Shown: positions 17,401-27,162, counted from the first letter of the stretch. The stretch: 51,891 bases of DNA from a virus (IMGVR_UViG_3300021363_000006:1-51891), one strand, 5' to 3'. Made by a program: numbers and translations. Notes: generated by a model from the sequence alone, not told the origin.

Positions 17401-18690
17401 ATGACTGAGCAACCCGTTACCAGAACAGAGTTCAATGCACTGTCGGCCCGAGTCGACAAGTTGGACGGCGGAGTGATTGTTACTCCTCCTGTCACCTCTG
17501 TCGGATCTGTCGTCGTGACTCCTGGCGTGAACAGTGTTCATGTCGAGTGGATCGCGCCAACGGGGAAGACCCAAGCCAATGCTAGTAGCAGTCGCAATGG
17601 TGTCGACAACACCGGAGCTGGTCCCTGGACGAACAACTTCACGACCCAGACGCACGACGACTTCGACAAGCTCCTCGCTGGTACGTCCTACACGTTCACC
17701 GTCCTCGTGACCTACACGGACGGTACGAGTGAGAGCTTGACAGGAACGGGAACGCCTACGGCTCCTGTCACCGGAACAGGTACTGGCGGAGCGATCCTCG
17801 CCGGTGTCGGAGGATGGGAGAGTGGTGTCTGGGGTCGGAACGATGCCTCGACCGTCACCAAGTTCGCTTCTGATCGTGGCGCGCCGGTGAAGAACATCGG
17901 AGTGTTCCCCGATCGCAATACTGGATGGGCTGGTCTCGCCAACAACTGGTGGACCGTCTCTATCCCGGCTGGTGCCATCGCAGCCGGAGCTCACCTGTCG
18001 GTGGCTCTCCCGCTGTGGCCCGAGTCGGGCAGTTCGGGTCTGGGTTCGGCTACTGACCAGCAGTGGAGGGACATCGCCAACAGCATCAAGGCGGTCGACC
18101 CAACGGCGCACATCCGGCTAGGCTGGGAGATGAACCTAGGGAACAACTGGCACATCTCCGCAGGCAACCGTTCAGCCTGGATCGCCGAGTGGCGCCGCGC
18201 AGCCACCCTGATGAAGTCCGTCGCTCCCGGTTTCCGCTTCTGCTGGAACCCCAACAGTGGTGGGGACCAGACTGGGACGAGCTCTCGTTCGGCCTTCCAG
18301 GCGGTCAAGGACTTGTGCTACTCATACGGCATCGACAGCTACGACGCGTGGCCGGGATGTAACACCACCACAGGGCTCAACGTGCACAAGACTGGCGTTG
18401 GATTCCTGGGCGAGAGCTACGCCTATGCCAAGGCCAATGGAGTCAAGTTCGCTCTTCCGGAATGGGCGCCAACGAATGGATCTGCCTGGGCAGGCAGCCA
18501 GGGTGGCGACGACCCAACCTACGTCAAGTACTACATGGAGTTCATGCGAGGGCATGCGACTGACATGGCGTTCGATTGCTACTTCTTCGAGCCGCAGGGC
18601 TATCTCCGCTCTGACATCTTTACTGGTAACATGCCAAACGCTTCTGCTGAGTATCGCAACCAGTGCACCAACGCCGTCGGTGTTCAGTAA
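17401..18690 (+). CDS. Glycoside hydrolase, GH26-like, with N-terminal fibronectin III-like domain
   Basis: IRLGWEMN (acid/base Glu), FCWNPN, GIDSYD, FALPEW (nucleophile Glu); VEWIAP...LLAGTSYTFTV is FN3-like. Confidence 0.75.
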   Translation: MTEQPVTRTEFNALSARVDKLDGGVIVTPPVTSVGSVVVTPGVNSVHVEWIAPTGKTQANASSSRNGVDNTGAGPWTNNFTTQTHDDFDKLLAGTSYTFTVLVTYTDGTSESLTGTGTPTAPVTGTGTGGAILAGVGGWESGVWGRNDASTVTKFASDRGAPVKNIGVFPDRNTGWAGLANNWWTVSIPAGAIAAGAHLSVALPLWPESGSSGLGSATDQQWRDIANSIKAVDPTAHIRLGWEMNLGNNWHISAGNRSAWIAEWRRAATLMKSVAPGFRFCWNPNSGGDQTGTSSRSAFQAVKDLCYSYGIDSYDAWPGCNTTTGLNVHKTGVGFLGESYAYAKANGVKFALPEWAPTNGSAWAGSQGGDDPTYVKYYMEFMRGHATDMAFDCYFFEPQGYLRSDIFTGNMPNASAEYRNQCTNAVGVQ

Positions 18691-18747
18691 CTGAGAGCGC
18701 TTCTCCTAGCACTACGCAAGTATCCAACCCAACCGAAAGGACTTGTA

Positions 18748-19329
18748 ATGCGCAAGAAACTCCTCATGATGCTGGGAGCAGTCCTATCTGTTTTCAGCCT
18801 TGCTATTGGGACCAATGCTGCATGGGCTGTGAACCAGACGCCTGTGTATCATGAGCTGTACGAAGCCAGTACTGCCCAGACGTGTTCAATTCCTTCCCAG
18901 TATGGCGGTGGGACGGTTCAAGCTCGTGCATACTGGAACTACAACAACCCCCATACTTCTGTCAAGCCTGCTCAGGTGAACTTCTCGACCAACACAACTG
19001 GGAATTGGTACACCCATTTGATGGCGATCTACTACATGGATGCCAATGGGATCAAGACCACTTCACAGTACCGTGACTACCTCATCCCAGTGGATGACCT
19101 GCCGGGAGACACCTCCTATTGGTCGATGTACAGTTCATACGACACCTTGTACCACGACACTCCATACAACGACGGGAACACGGCTACTGGGTCTGCATGG
19201 AACCCGTATGGCAACTCCAGTGCCATGCTGGTGGCCAGGTCTAACAGTCCTCACTTTCACATCGACTACAAGCTGAAGAATGGGTCAACGACCTCTTCCG
19301 TACGTACCTGTGTTGTCTACGGTCCATGA
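18748..19329 (+). CDS. Secreted protein
   Basis: Sec signal peptide MRKKLLMMLGAVLSVFSLAIGTNAAWA; two Cys at the ends of the mature domain. Confidence 0.75.
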   Translation: MRKKLLMMLGAVLSVFSLAIGTNAAWAVNQTPVYHELYEASTAQTCSIPSQYGGGTVQARAYWNYNNPHTSVKPAQVNFSTNTTGNWYTHLMAIYYMDANGIKTTSQYRDYLIPVDDLPGDTSYWSMYSSYDTLYHDTPYNDGNTATGSAWNPYGNSSAMLVARSNSPHFHIDYKLKNGSTTSSVRTCVVYGP

Positions 19330-19349
19330 TCCTGAGAGAAGGAAAAGTC

Positions 19350-19793
19350 ATGCGTAAGAAGTTCTCCATCATCATTGCTACTATGTTAGCCTGCATCGGG
19401 GCCCTGACCCTCACTCCTGCAGCCAACGCCGACACCTACCACTATGTTGACATGGCTTGTACTAGTGGTGGGTCAACGTTCAAGATCCATCAGCAGTACG
19501 TTAGCCATCTCCCGTACTTCCCCAGCAATGTCACGGAGTTTGCCTCTTGGGACAGCGACCCGAGAGCACTGTTCAACCGTGTGATGATCTCTGAGAGCTA
19601 TACAGATCACGGCCCTTGGGTTGAGCTGTACTCGTTCGGCGGGTCTTCCACTACGGTCGACGACGTCGCAAGCCATGGGAGCAACGTGGTCTCTGAGACC
19701 TTCGAGTCTGGGAAGTGGCTTCGGCTAAGTGTCTGGGGAGGTGTAGGCGGCTCTACGGATAGTTGTGTGAGCAACGCCAGACACACCTACTAG
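19350..19793 (+). CDS. Secreted protein
   Basis: Sec signal peptide MRKKFSIIIATMLACIGALTLTPAANA; two Cys at the ends of the mature domain. Confidence 0.75.
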   Translation: MRKKFSIIIATMLACIGALTLTPAANADTYHYVDMACTSGGSTFKIHQQYVSHLPYFPSNVTEFASWDSDPRALFNRVMISESYTDHGPWVELYSFGGSSTTVDDVASHGSNVVSETFESGKWLRLSVWGGVGGSTDSCVSNARHTY

Positions 19794-19800
19794 CACCAAG

Positions 19801-19915
19801 GCCCCTGCTACAAAAGAGCTGCCAGCAGATGTAGACGAACTGTACTGCCTGGGCAGACTGGTGTAATGGCTTCACTGAGGTGAAGCTACAGCCCGATCGA
19901 GTCGGGCCAGGGGCA
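19801..19915 (+). ncRNA. tRNA-like structured element (non-canonical)
   Basis: GCCCCTG/CAGGGGC-A closing stem; T-arm-like GCCCG-ATCGAGT-CGGGC; D-arm-like TGGTGTAATGG; no proper anticodon arm. Confidence 0.35.
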
Positions 19916-19950
19916 CGCTATGCTAGACATAGCCAGACAGAAGGAGAACG

Positions 19951-20751
19951 ATGACGACTCTCTCGCCAGGCAGAACCTTGGGCGGCGTATCCGTTCAGAA
20001 GGTAGCCAACAGGGATCCGTTCCTGAACATCCTGGTCTATGCAGACTCAGGAACAGGTAAGACAGTGCTCGCTGGGTCAGCAGATGACGTTCCAGCGATG
20101 CGGAAGGTTATCGTCGTCGACGTGGAAGGTGGTACGGAATCGCTTCGGCGGACCTACCCCAACTGCGACGTCGTCCGAGCACCTTCCTGGAGAGCAATGC
20201 AGGAAGTGTACAACGAACTGCATCGTGGCGGTCACGGGTACAGTACTGTGGTTGTTGACTCTCTGACTGAGGTTCAGAAGTTCAACATGTACAACATCAT
20301 GACGGACCTCGTCGCCAAGAAGACTGACGAGGGCAAGGAAGTCGATCCTGACATCCCATCCGTTCGTGAGTGGGGGAAGAACATCGAGCAGATGCGAAAG
20401 TACATCCGCGCGATGCGAGACCTCCCCATGCATACCATCTTTACAGCCTTGTTGCGTACTGACAAGGACGAGAAGACAGGTGCAACAACGTTAAAGCCTA
20501 TGCTCAGTGGCAAGCTCGCTGACGAGGTGGCAGCGTTTCTCGATGTCGTAGGGTTCTACTACGTCAAAGAGATCGTCCAAGAGGGTGGAGAGAACGAACT
20601 GCGTCGCGTTCTCTTGACCCGCAAGACTGCAAGACACGTGGCAAAGGATCGTAGTGGCAAGCTAGATATGCTGATCCAGAACCCGACGATGCAGATGCTG
20701 TTCGACCAGATGTACAACAAGACAACGACACCGAAAGAAGGAACAAACTGA
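19951..20751 (+). CDS. AAA_24 / Sak4-like P-loop ATPase
   Basis: ADSGTGKT, VDVEGG, VVVDSLTE, AKDRSGKL; located between the nuclease and SSB-like genes. Confidence 0.85.
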   Translation: MTTLSPGRTLGGVSVQKVANRDPFLNILVYADSGTGKTVLAGSADDVPAMRKVIVVDVEGGTESLRRTYPNCDVVRAPSWRAMQEVYNELHRGGHGYSTVVVDSLTEVQKFNMYNIMTDLVAKKTDEGKEVDPDIPSVREWGKNIEQMRKYIRAMRDLPMHTIFTALLRTDKDEKTGATTLKPMLSGKLADEVAAFLDVVGFYYVKEIVQEGGENELRRVLLTRKTARHVAKDRSGKLDMLIQNPTMQMLFDQMYNKTTTPKEGTN

Positions 20752-21338
20752 TGGCGCGTGATGACGATATGCAGGTTGTCGACGAGGATCTCCTTCCCGA
20801 CGGAGCTTCGCTCGACGATGTGGACAGCGGTGGCGATGACTTCGACATCACTGAGCTTCGTGTTGACTTCTCGGAGAAGGAGTCTTCCTCTGAAGCAAGG
20901 GACTTCGAGCCGCTTCCCTCCGGTAAGTACCTCGTCGCGGTGACTGAGATCACCATCCAGACCTGCGGTCCGAAGAGCAAGAACCCCGGCAAGAAGTTCT
21001 ACAACCTGCAGCTCACTGTGCAGGAGGGCAAGTACGAGAACCGGAAGCTCTTCGCGAACGTCATGCTCTTCAACGGTGCGCTATACTCTCTCGTCCAGAT
21101 CCTCAAGGCGATGGGTCTGCCGTATCAGGGTTCAGGTGTCAAGGTGCCCACGCCTGAGCAGCTCGAGGGCGAGCAGTTCATCGTCAGCGTCCAGAAGATG
21201 GTGGACAAGTACAAGATGGACAAGGAGGACTGGGACCCCAAGGAACCCAAGCCCTTCAAGAACGAGGTCAAGTCGTTCGCCAAGGCGCCTAACACTGGCA
21301 GCATGGTGCAGTCCGGTGGCAACGACCTGATGCCGTAA
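20751..21338 (+). CDS. DUF669-like ssDNA-binding protein
   Basis: FEPLPSGKYLVAV...EGKYENRKLF...NEVKSF; follows the Sak4-like ATPase. Confidence 0.75.
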   Translation: MARDDDMQVVDEDLLPDGASLDDVDSGGDDFDITELRVDFSEKESSSEARDFEPLPSGKYLVAVTEITIQTCGPKSKNPGKKFYNLQLTVQEGKYENRKLFANVMLFNGALYSLVQILKAMGLPYQGSGVKVPTPEQLEGEQFIVSVQKMVDKYKMDKEDWDPKEPKPFKNEVKSFAKAPNTGSMVQSGGNDLMP

Positions 21339-21498
21339 CACAGCACCACAGGGTGGGCCGGGCATCTTAGGCTAAGCGCACAAGCGTGAGGAAACCGGGA
21401 TGGGTAACAGTCAGTATTGCGTGTTAGACCCGGGAGTGGGAGGACTTGCAAGTGGTACCCCACACTGTACTACAACAACGAGAGACAGGCGGAGCTGA

Positions 21499-23739
21499 AT
21501 GGGCAATCTGTTAGGCGCTGCAGAGGATGAGCGCCGAGCATCATTCTTCCGTTACGCCTTCAACGGAAACCATGGTTACGTCGCCTTGGCTTTCCTAACA
21601 CCTGACAAGACAAACTTCTGGGAAGCGTACTTCAAGTACCCAGAAGAGGAAGCGGAGATGCTCCTCAAGATTCGGGACAACCTCGCTTCTCATAACGTCT
21701 ACTTTTGTCCTCAGCTATTTGGAGGTAAGAGGCGGAAGAAGGAAGACGTAACACTAACACCCTCGGCGTGGGCTGACCTCGATACTTGTCATCCAGACAA
21801 CCTAAGAGTTCGACCCAGCTTGGTGATCGAGTCGTCCGCAGGCAGATACCAAGCCCTGTGGACTCTTGACGAAGTCGAGGCCGACGATGCCGAGTTCCTC
21901 AGCAAGAGGATTGCGTACGCTCACTACGAGGAAGGTGCTGATCGATCTGGTTGGGATCTGACACAGCTACTCCGAGTTCCGTTTACGTACAACTTCAAGT
22001 ACAACGCCTTGGCTGGCGAACTGCAGATAGTTCGTATCCATGACCTGTACCGAAGCTCGTATCGTCTTCAGGACTTCGAAGAGGGTTACCCTACCCTTGC
22101 TTCTGAAGTCGTGGACAAGATCCCGATGCCAGAAGCCGGAGAGCTGCCTGAAACGGCAGAGGAACTGCTACAGACCAAGCGCAGGATGATGAACCCGCGC
22201 CTGTGGACTTTGTACAACACGGAGCCCGATGAGGACTGGAGCAAGCCTCTTTGGCAGCTGAACATGATGTGCTTCGAGGCAGGCTTCACTAGGGAAGAGT
22301 CCTTCGTCATCGCTCGTGAGGCGAAGTGTAACAAGTACGCTCGGGATGAGCGTCCTCTCAGGTTGCTATGGAAGGAAGTAGTTAGAGCCCATGCGCGCGG
22401 TGAGGCTACGGCCACACTCTTGGAAGTCCCCGGCGGTCCTGAACGGACTACGCTTCTCACTCCAGAGGAGCAGGAGTCCGTTCATCAGCAGCCCGACACC
22501 TTCGTTGAACGTTACATCACCTGGGCCCGAGCGCTGGGAGATGCTGCACACCAGTATCACCAAGCCGGAGCATTTATCATCTTGTCAACGTTGCTCAGCG
22601 GTAACGTTCGACTCCCTACTTCCTTCGGAACGTTCATCCCTAACCTCTGGTTCATGATCCTTGCGGACACAACACTGACACGTAAGACCACCGCAATGGA
22701 CATGGCAGTCGATCTAATTGCCGAGTTAGATAGTGATGCCATCCTTGCTACTGACGGAAGCATCGAGGGTCTGATGACCTCGTTGTCTCTTAGGCCAGGA
22801 CGCCCGAGTATCTTCCTTCGGGACGAGTTCTCGGGCCTCCTGGAGTCAATGACGAAGAAGGACTACTACGCAGGTATGGCGGAGGTGTTCACAAAATTAT
22901 ACGACGGGAAGATGCAGAAGAGGGTCTTGCGGAAAGAGACTTTGGAAGTCCGCGATCCGCGTTTGATCTTGTTTGCGGGTGGGATCAAGAACAAGGTCAC
23001 TGGGTTGTTGACTTTCGAACAAGTTTCAAGTGGCTTCATGCCCCGTTTCATTTTTATTACCGCGGAATCGGACATCACCAAGCTGAAGCCGTTGGGACCA
23101 AAGACGGAGCAGACGAACTACGGCAAAGAGATCATCTTGAACGAGATGCGCGACCTGATGGATCACTACCAGCAGTTGACGACCATCGAGGTAGCGAAGC
23201 TCGGAACGAAGATCGAAGTGCCTCTTATACACGAAGTAGAGATGACGGACGAGGCGTGGTTCAGATACAACCAGCTCGAGTCAGAGATGCTACAGGTTGG
23301 GATTGCGAGTGAGTTCAGGGCAGATGTCCTTACCCCTACCTACGACAGGCTCAGCAAGAGTATCCTCAAAGCTGCCGTTCTTCTCGCTGCCAGCAGGACG
23401 AGGGACGAACAGATTGTTGTCGAGCTGTCTGACATCCTTAGGGCGATCCATTATGGTGAGCAGTGGAAGATTCATGCCGACGATGTTATGTCGAATATCG
23501 GTAAGACGACTTACGAGAGACAGATCATCAATATTCACAAGTTGATCTGGCGCAAGCCTGGTCTAAGTCGTTCGCAGGTAATGCAGCACTACCACCTGAA
23601 TGCCAAGGCGTGTACGGAAATCTTCGAGACAATGGAACAACGAGGACTCCTATCACGTTCACGCACAGGCAAGACTGAACAGTTGTATCCAACTCAGATT
23701 CACCCACCGGAGGAATGGAATGGCAAGCAGCCAGCTTAA
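21499..23739 (+). CDS. Primase-helicase (RepB-like primase N-terminus, DUF3987-like ATPase C-terminus)
   Basis: WADLD, IESSAGRYQALW, LLRVPFTYNFKY; TRKTT and FLRDEF in the C-terminal domain. Confidence 0.8.
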   Translation: MGNLLGAAEDERRASFFRYAFNGNHGYVALAFLTPDKTNFWEAYFKYPEEEAEMLLKIRDNLASHNVYFCPQLFGGKRRKKEDVTLTPSAWADLDTCHPDNLRVRPSLVIESSAGRYQALWTLDEVEADDAEFLSKRIAYAHYEEGADRSGWDLTQLLRVPFTYNFKYNALAGELQIVRIHDLYRSSYRLQDFEEGYPTLASEVVDKIPMPEAGELPETAEELLQTKRRMMNPRLWTLYNTEPDEDWSKPLWQLNMMCFEAGFTREESFVIAREAKCNKYARDERPLRLLWKEVVRAHARGEATATLLEVPGGPERTTLLTPEEQESVHQQPDTFVERYITWARALGDAAHQYHQAGAFIILSTLLSGNVRLPTSFGTFIPNLWFMILADTTLTRKTTAMDMAVDLIAELDSDAILATDGSIEGLMTSLSLRPGRPSIFLRDEFSGLLESMTKKDYYAGMAEVFTKLYDGKMQKRVLRKETLEVRDPRLILFAGGIKNKVTGLLTFEQVSSGFMPRFIFITAESDITKLKPLGPKTEQTNYGKEIILNEMRDLMDHYQQLTTIEVAKLGTKIEVPLIHEVEMTDEAWFRYNQLESEMLQVGIASEFRADVLTPTYDRLSKSILKAAVLLAASRTRDEQIVVELSDILRAIHYGEQWKIHADDVMSNIGKTTYERQIINIHKLIWRKPGLSRSQVMQHYHLNAKACTEIFETMEQRGLLSRSRTGKTEQLYPTQIHPPEEWNGKQPA

Positions 23740-24526
23740 TGGCATCGCGATCTTCAGCGGTGGACTCGATAGCACAACAATGGTATGGGATGCAATTGTC
23801 AATAGAGGATTGCATATCGACCTAGTCAGCTTCGACTACGGACAGCGTCACAAGAAGGAGTTGGAGTATGCGGCACGTACTGCTGAACGTCTTGGTTTGC
23901 GTCATGACATTGTTGACCTATCTTCAATCACACCCTTGCTAGCGGAGTCGGGCAGCTCATTGGTGTCGAGCGAAACTGTTCCGGAAGGACACTACGCCGA
24001 AGATAACATGAAGGCGACGATCGTTCCGAACCGCAACATGATGATGATCTCGATCGCAGTCAGCATCGCCGTGGCCCGTAAGGCTCCATTTGTCCTAACA
24101 GGTGTCCATGCTGGTGATCATGCCGTGTACCCGGACTGCCGTCCTGAGTTCGTCAAGGCTGTTAGCTACGCTGCGATGGAAGCGAACTTGGGTTCGGAGT
24201 TCAAAGCTGTCGTTGCCCCCTACATGGAACAGTCTAAGGAAGATATCGCCGCGATCGCTATTGGCTTGCACCTGGACTTGTCTCGGACTTGGAGTTGCTA
24301 TAAGGGCGGCGAGCTTCACTGTGGACGCTGCGGAACCTGTGTCGAACGTCTTGAGGCTATTTACGGTGCTCAAGCCCGCCTGTCCTCAGGAGATATCCTC
24401 AAGCAGTACGATACGACCAAGTACGAGGACACCAAGTTCTGGCAGGAAGCAGTAGCTGCTCAAGGCGTTGAGGAAGAGATCGTCAACCTAGATGCCTGTG
24501 ATGGGACTGAAAAGGAGATCATCTGA
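23720..24526 (+). CDS. queC: 7-cyano-7-deazaguanine synthase
   Basis: FSGGLDST, FDYGQRH, VPNRN, YPDCRPEF, TWSCY, HCGRCGTCVER. Confidence 0.96.
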   Translation: MASSQLNGIAIFSGGLDSTTMVWDAIVNRGLHIDLVSFDYGQRHKKELEYAARTAERLGLRHDIVDLSSITPLLAESGSSLVSSETVPEGHYAEDNMKATIVPNRNMMMISIAVSIAVARKAPFVLTGVHAGDHAVYPDCRPEFVKAVSYAAMEANLGSEFKAVVAPYMEQSKEDIAAIAIGLHLDLSRTWSCYKGGELHCGRCGTCVERLEAIYGAQARLSSGDILKQYDTTKYEDTKFWQEAVAAQGVEEEIVNLDACDGTEKEII

Positions 24527-24972
24527 TGTACACAGTGTCGAAGGAGATTGAGTTTGATGCAGGTCATCGCGTTCCCAATCACAAGAGCAAGTGTAGAAAT
24601 CCGCACGGGCATCGCTATCGTCTTCGTGTCACTATCGCAGGCGAGCTCATCACCAATGCTGGTGCAAGCGACGAGGGTATGCTTGCTGACTTCGGAGACC
24701 TAAAGACCATCATGACCGAGAAGGTCCACGACGTTCTCGATCATGGCTTCATCGTACATGAAGACGATAGAGTCATGCTAGGCTTCTTCAGCGAATACTC
24801 GGAAGACGTGTTCAAGTACATCGTTGTGCCCTTCGTTCCTACAGCTGAGAACCTTGCCAAGTGGTGCTGGGACCAGCTTAGCGATTTGGTCCTGCAGATG
24901 GGCTTCTGGCTCGAACTAGTCGAGCTATGGGAAACGCCTACTAGTCTGGCTACGTACAAGGAGGTTCGATGA
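24526..24972 (+). CDS. queD: 6-carboxy-5,6,7,8-tetrahydropterin synthase
   Basis: FDAGHR, CRNPHGHRY, DFGDLK, LDH, PTAENLA, ETP. Confidence 0.95.
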   Translation: MYTVSKEIEFDAGHRVPNHKSKCRNPHGHRYRLRVTIAGELITNAGASDEGMLADFGDLKTIMTEKVHDVLDHGFIVHEDDRVMLGFFSEYSEDVFKYIVVPFVPTAENLAKWCWDQLSDLVLQMGFWLELVELWETPTSLATYKEVR

Positions 24973-25181
24973 ACTGGGCAAGGGCCAACAGGTTCTCAGA
25001 ACGTATCTTCTCGAACTTGAAAGGAGTCAAGGGTCCAACGGCCAAGGAGATGGAGTCTATCGACTACGGGCCCAAGCCTTGGAACTGGCAAGACCCATCT
25101 CGTGAGACGTCTGCGCCAGAGCAGCCTCAAGCACTTGACCTGACAGACCTTGACTTGATCAGACAGTCGTACAGGAAGTAG
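24969..25181 (+). CDS. Hypothetical protein inside the que cluster
   Basis: ATGA overlap with queD; fills the gap before queE. Confidence 0.55.
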   Translation: MNWARANRFSERIFSNLKGVKGPTAKEMESIDYGPKPWNWQDPSRETSAPEQPQALDLTDLDLIRQSYRK

Positions 25182-25186
25182 GGAAC

Positions 25187-25906
25187 GTGCTCAAGCTGCG
25201 CGTCAGTGAAGTCTACCTTTCAATCCAAGGTGAAGGCCCTAGAGTTGGCGAGTCTACGGTTTTCGTTCGCTTCGCAGGTTGCAACCTCCGTTGTCCTGGC
25301 TGGGCTTGTGATACTCCGCATGCTATTGATCCTGCAATCTATACGAAGGATGCGCAGCTACTTACGCCTCAGGAGATCGTTGAGCTCGTCGTCGAGGCTT
25401 CTCATCCAGGAACGAACATCTGCTACACTGGCGGAGAGCCCTTCATTCAGAATAGTGAGACTCTCTGTGAGTTGTCCGACGCCCTTACGGTTGCGGGTTA
25501 CCCAACGCAGGAGGTGTTCACTAATGGAACTCTCGAGTTCCCCGAGTGGGCATACGAGGTCCTATACTTCGTCATGGACTACAAGTTGTCTGGGTCCGGC
25601 GAGGAGGGCAACATCCATGGGACCGAGGGTGTGCAGGCAACTAGGATCAAGAACATCCAGAGGATGAATGAAGGCGACGTAGTCAAGTTCACCATCGCCA
25701 GTCGCGCTGATTACGAAGAAGCGTGCATGTCCTACCCTCATTTGCAGAAGGACAACCCCCACATCGACTTTTACTACGGAGTCGTGTGGGGGAAGCTCGA
25801 GGCTGGGGACCTAATCGCCTGGGTCCTGGAGGATGGGCTCACTGCTTGGATGTACACCCATCAACTGCATAACGTCATTTGGTCAAGGGACATGCGTGGA
25901 ATCTAA
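25187..25906 (+). CDS. queE: 7-carboxy-7-deazaguanine synthase (radical SAM)
   Basis: SIQGEG, FVRFAGCNLRCPGWACDT, TGGEP, TNGT, QLH. Confidence 0.93.
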   Translation: MLKLRVSEVYLSIQGEGPRVGESTVFVRFAGCNLRCPGWACDTPHAIDPAIYTKDAQLLTPQEIVELVVEASHPGTNICYTGGEPFIQNSETLCELSDALTVAGYPTQEVFTNGTLEFPEWAYEVLYFVMDYKLSGSGEEGNIHGTEGVQATRIKNIQRMNEGDVVKFTIASRADYEEACMSYPHLQKDNPHIDFYYGVVWGKLEAGDLIAWVLEDGLTAWMYTHQLHNVIWSRDMRGI

Positions 25907-26549
25907 ACCGCTTGCCAACCCTCACAGAAGCAAGATCGACCACCCTTACCACTACTCGTTGTTCATGCCTGAGCAGAAAGAGGTACCCAGATTGTTCGAT
26001 CTCGACGCATCTTCCGATGCCGCTCAAAGGTTCCTCCAGTCTCTAGGCGCCGCGTGGGATGGATCTGAAGAAGACCACAGGGATAGAACGCCACGTCGTA
26101 TGGCAACCATGTTCAGGCAGATGACAGAGCGTGAAGAGTTCAACTTCACCACTTTTCCTGCTAAGGCTCAAGACATGGTAACGTTAGGCCCAATCCCCTT
26201 CTACACCATGTGCGCCCATCACACGGCCCCGTTCTTTGGGAATGTATGGATTGGGTATGTGCCGAACGCTAGCATCGCAGGGCTGTCCAAGTTCGCTCGC
26301 GCAGTCAAGTACTGTGCGAAGGGATTCCACGTTCAGGAGGAGCTGACGGCTCAGATCGCTGATTTCATCGACAAGAAGTTAGACCCTATGGGTGTGGCTG
26401 TCGTAGTGAAGGCGGAGCATCTATGTATGGCGATGCGAGGGGTCCAACAGCCGGGCGTCGTCACCACGACCTCGTCCATGCTAGGCGCGTTCGGAGATCA
26501 CAAACGGACGGCAAAAGCGGAGTTCATGTCACTCATCCAGGGAGGCTAA
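25896..26549 (+). CDS. folE: GTP cyclohydrolase I
   Basis: TPRR, MCAHH, GLSKFAR, VQEELT, HLCMAMRGV. Start uncertain. Confidence 0.95.
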   Translation: MESKPLANPHRSKIDHPYHYSLFMPEQKEVPRLFDLDASSDAAQRFLQSLGAAWDGSEEDHRDRTPRRMATMFRQMTEREEFNFTTFPAKAQDMVTLGPIPFYTMCAHHTAPFFGNVWIGYVPNASIAGLSKFARAVKYCAKGFHVQEELTAQIADFIDKKLDPMGVAVVVKAEHLCMAMRGVQQPGVVTTTSSMLGAFGDHKRTAKAEFMSLIQGG

Positions 26550-26551
26550 CT

Positions 26552-26878
26552 ATGTTCAAGGAACCTACGCATCTCGGTCGTATGTCCCTCGAGGCTCATC
26601 AGGACAGCAGGCGATGGTTCCCCGACACTGCTGACAACCTCTTCTTCATGACTGCTTGTATGGGTGGTGAAGCAGGTGAAGCTGTCAATGAGCTGAAGAA
26701 GGTCTTTCGACTCCAACGTAGCTTGACGCCCGTCGAGAAGCATAAGTACGTCATGGAGCTTACAGACGTTCTGACGTACCTGCTAGGCTGCTACGCAATC
26801 GTTGGAGCAGATCCCGAACGAGCGTACTACCAGAAGCGACTTGAGAATGAGCAGCGCTTTGGAAAGGTGATAGAGTGA
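26552..26878 (+). CDS. MazG-like nucleotide pyrophosphohydrolase
   Basis: GEAGEAVNELKK...ELTDVLTY acidic motif. Confidence 0.85.
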   Translation: MFKEPTHLGRMSLEAHQDSRRWFPDTADNLFFMTACMGGEAGEAVNELKKVFRLQRSLTPVEKHKYVMELTDVLTYLLGCYAIVGADPERAYYQKRLENEQRFGKVIE

Positions 26879-27162
26879 GTATCCCCGAACTGATCCGAGA
26901 CTTCTCAGCAGAGTTTGACGCAGTATGTGAGGCGCGACACCTCGAAGGTCAGCAGAAGTATGGTGTCTTCACCTTCCTCGAGAAGGACATGATCGAAGAG
27001 ACGATCAAGGAGATCACCGACGCATCGAACTATCTCCGGTACATGTTCATCAAGCTGAGACTGCTCCAGTTGGCTCTGACTGAAGATGAACGAATCAAAG
27101 GTCTGACCGATGAGAACGGTAACATCTCTATCGGTGTTGAGTCTTTTCACTCCAACGGCTAG
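26875..27162 (+). CDS. Small all-alpha protein, possibly a second MazG-fold pyrophosphatase
   Basis: R...G..KYG followed by EETIKEITDASNY. Confidence 0.5.
   Translation: MSIPELIRDFSAEFDAVCEARHLEGQQKYGVFTFLEKDMIEETIKEITDASNYLRYMFIKLRLLQLALTEDERIKGLTDENGNISIGVESFHSNG

Noticed and set aside
19801-19915. Canonical tRNA gene
   Set aside because: No 5-bp stem with a 7-nt anticodon loop, and the T-loop starts AT rather than TT. Kept only as tRNA-like.
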